Below, piece by piece: positions 60,633 to 64,000 of a stretch of DNA of 64,000 nt; positions within the stretch are counted from its first letter, which is position 1, and the number at the start of each line of letters is the position of its first letter. The notes under the pieces were generated by a model that was given only the letters and a program-made list of their open reading frames with translations, made no database searches and had not been told where the DNA came from. Source of the DNA: Pecten maximus (Eukaryota); assembly GCF_902652985.1 (NCBI RefSeq), contig NC_047030.1, forward strand, positions 14,508,001-14,572,000, in the 5' to 3' direction. A program made the translations under genes and the position numbers.

Positions 60633-63600
60633 GTCATGATGTTAAAAGAGACTGGTCATGACGTCAGGGATAAGTCTTTTGGATGGCTTTGTAGCTTGGG
60701 CTGTCATCAAGTACGTTAGACAATGAATAAAAAACAGTTTTAGATCTACATGAAGGTTAGAAAGCCATGATGGAACTGGTCCTAAAATTACAATTTCACA
60801 CTTACAATACACGAATACAATGTTGATTTACGAATACGAGGGAGGAAAGGCCCACCTAGTATATCTATTAGGTTGATATTTATACTATATTCATATTCAA
60901 TCTGCCGAAGTTTGCCAAATGATTTAATTGTGAACAATACATGAACCCCGTACAATATAAAGAGATAAGGAGAAGGTGAATTGGTGAACAGAGATGAGAG
61001 GGACATACCAGATGGCTCATGGCCCATTCTAACATCCAATGAGGGATGAAATGGATACACCATCATCTGTCCCTCGTACTGTCTGCAGTATTGGAACTAT
61101 TGGGACGAAAATGCGTCTTGACAATTTGCCATTTGACTTAACACGTTTGTTCCATCACCGTCAGCGGTCGTCAAAGCTCAGTCATTTACAATCTTTGCTT
61201 GAAAAATAAATCAGACTTTCGAGAGGTTGCAAAGACAGTTTTCATTTTGGTATCAAAGACTAAACTTGTGAAAATTGTAATGTGCGTTCCTCTATGATAC
61301 ATTTGTAGTGTGTCGTAGAGTATCGTAGAGGAGGGGAAATTACAAGTCTGATTTTAATAGGATTGTGTTAAAGACAAACATTTTCCCAAGCGATGAATCA
61401 ATCCGTATACCTTAATGAAGATATACAAAGCAAATAACTCCTGTACGGAATGATAAGTTTACAAATGTCGAGTGTTGTACAGAGAAGCAACTAAAGGCGA
61501 CGTATACCAGTCCAAGAAACAAGTGGCCCAATGAGCAGTAGGTAAAGGTCATTTATCCTACCAAATACTGGCACAATATAACCCTGGGCCCTTTGGTTAG
61601 TTAGCTGTTTTGATAGTTTAACACATTTTGAACGAGTAACCTTAAAGGTAGCTTAAGATAATTCTTTTTAACAAACTTTGGTAGCCTGACTTCCTATAAT
61701 GCTACTGGTCCAATATATTGACACTGCCTTTTGGTTATTGAGAATCAACTATTAAAAGTCAAAATCGATGCCTGGCGGACAATGATGCTGCACCACAGCA
61801 TCAGCTCACTTGCCGTTTGGGCAGGTGACCGAAACATAACTAAACACCCTGGACGTATTCAGAATCATTCTTGTTTTTTCCTTAATGAGATGAATTGAAA
61901 AGTCCTCCAAATCTATTGGAGGTGTTGTATAAATATTTGCTATCATGTAGATGTCATTTGTAATTCTAGCTGCAAACATTCAACATTAGTTTTCTAGTCA
62001 ATGTAAGTCGTTGCCATGGTAATACTTAGTAACACACATTGAAAGCACACACTATATGTAACATTAATTATATTCGTTATTTTAGATAAGGCAGATAACT
62101 CTGTAGGTTCTCATGTTTGGTTAAGGGTTCATACCTGGCCATCTTGGTGATAGACACGTGTCTGCATCACCTCGCTCCTGGTAAATTCTCTACCTAAAGA
62201 ACATTTCTTAATTTAATTTTTTGACCCAGGTTCAATGTCATAAGATTTAGCTGTGTTAAGATTTTAAATCAATTGATTTTCAAGAATAGCAAAGCTCAGT
62301 GATATTATCTTTGTGGTCATTAGCTTTGCAAGAGTAAATGGTTATAAAGTTGATAAAATGGGCCGCCTTGACACATCGCCAGGAACAGTGTTTCATCTAA
62401 GGTTAAACTAGATATTGATCTATCAATGTTTGACTGAAAACCCAAGTACACTGAATAAATTTTAGTGGCTTGTGAAAACAAGTTAAAGAATAAATCCTGT
62501 TGACTGAATTCGCCATATCGTGGTAAAAGTGTAGCTGATTGAAATTACCTCATATCGTGGTAAAAGTGTAGCTGATTGAAATTGCCTCATATCGTGGTAA
62601 AAGTTTAGCTGATTAAAATTACCTCATATCGTGGTAAAAGTGTAGCTGATTGAAATTACATCATATCTGTGTAAAAGAGTAGACCAACTTAATTACATCA
62701 TACCGGGGTAAAAGTTAAGAAAACTTAATTACGTCATATCGTGGTAAAAGTGTAGACCTACTGAAATACATCGTATCGTGTTAAAAGGGGTACAACTTGT
62801 ACTTCAATCAATCGGCCAAGTTATTTTCCTTACAAGGTCATGCAGTCTTTCTCATCTTATTATTTCAGATTTCAAGGGTGTATATACATGCGACATCGTT
62901 CAACCACTGAAATCGTAGTTGGTCTGAAAAACTTGACCGAAAGGTAAACGAAAGGACCACATGATACCTTTTCAAACTTGATACTGCGTTAAATAGCAGT
63001 CTCCAAAAAGCAGAATACTTTTTTAGATCCTGGATATTGTAACGATTATTGTTTAAACTAAACATTGTTTTGGTCAACAAAAAATCATTTCTCCCTTGTT
63101 TTTTTCACTCGTTTTACCTTTAGGTCAAGGTTGCAATGATCCAATTATCCAATGATCCAATGCAGAGCACAATACGTCGTTTGTGGGGCGGTAGAGGTAT
63201 TCAATAACTAAAAAGTTATCGCCGGATAAGCAATTATAAGTAAAAATGCTTTTTGACATTGAAATAAAGTTCACTTACGTAGTGCGTTACACATCAGCTC
63301 GAGGTTGTTCAAGTCAACTGCAAGTTACGTCAAGATATCTTAATTCAACGGTATTGAAGTTATGGCTCGGACATAATTTGCACTTCTTTTACCTTTAACC
63401 TTGAGGTCAGGGTCGCCTTAGTTGATAAAGTAACAACAATTTTCGATAAGAAGAAGACTTCAACTGGCCGCCTGTCGAAAGAAGAAACATGCTCTCCTTC
63501 ATTCGAAGGGGAAGCGTAATTCATCGCTCAAAAGGTGTTAACGTACAACAGACAACAAAGTTTTTTATAGTTCCAGGTTCTACTGAAAAAAATAGTAGAT

Positions 63601-64000
63601 ATAGATGTATAAACAACAAACCGATTGGGGCGTCATATTCCTGTCATTTTTATGCGTTGCATGGAGTATGCATTCCATTAGGCGATAGGTAGGTAAATCA
63701 ATGTGTCAAGTCTCTGTGTGAGGTACAAAGCTTTCTATCTTTCTAATCATCAAATAATCTCTTTGAAGTCATATTTACGAGAAAATATACGTTATATATT
63801 AGATAATACTATGGTGGGAGTGGTTCAAACACTGATTTCTTGTTAGATGTGAAAATTGCCCTTTGGTGTTTTTTTTTTTTTTTTTTTAAATAGTTATCTG
63901 TCCAAAGAAATCTCTTTGGATCACTGGTCCAAACCAAAACGTCCGTGTGATATTAATTTTTTTCAGTAGTATTGTAAAGTGTACGTTTGATTAAAGACTA

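Larger units (their letters stand above)
41460..64000 (+). repeat. Tandem segmental duplication of ~7.4-kb units (approx. 41460-48910, 48911-56352, 56353-63128, partial 63129-end)
   Basis: Near-identical blocks starting aggttgcaa recur; ORF-to-ORF spacings are 7417 and 7331 bp. Confidence 0.93.

Noticed and set aside
41460-63128. Entire array as an assembly artefact
   Set aside because: There are three to four distinguishable units with unit-specific insertions and deletions, more than two haplotypes could explain. An artefact affecting only units 1 and 2 cannot be excluded.

Overview
This is AT-rich, intron-containing animal genomic DNA. The tRNA-derived V-domain-like SINEs and Helentron/HINE-type elements suggest a mollusc, probably a bivalve (inference). 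Three protein-coding loci can be reconstructed by hand. (1) A 6-exon SDR16C-type short-chain dehydrogenase/reductase (RDH10/SDR16C5/HSD17B11-like, 321 aa) on the minus strand, 6098-17975. (2) Head-to-head with it, with 309 bp between start codons, a 13-exon selenocysteine lyase (SCLY, 434 aa) on the plus strand, 18285-33292; its frame ends Cys-TGA-Gly. (3) From about 41.4 kb to the window end, a tandem array of ~7.4-kb units, each with an uninterrupted 330-codon PhyH-like 2OG/Fe(II) dioxygenase ORF (44892-45884, 52309-53301, 59640-60632), and a fourth, more diverged unit running off the right edge. Among the three copies I count 15 non-synonymous nucleotide differences and 1 synonymous, mostly shifting charge toward basic. 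Introns and spacers are packed with minisatellites (26-78 bp units, several abutting or derived from splice donors), HINE-like elements carrying 148-169 bp tandem monomers, MITEs, SINEs, and mariner and hAT remnants. No CRISPR array, rRNA or genuine tRNA gene was found. All exon boundaries and counts were read by eye.
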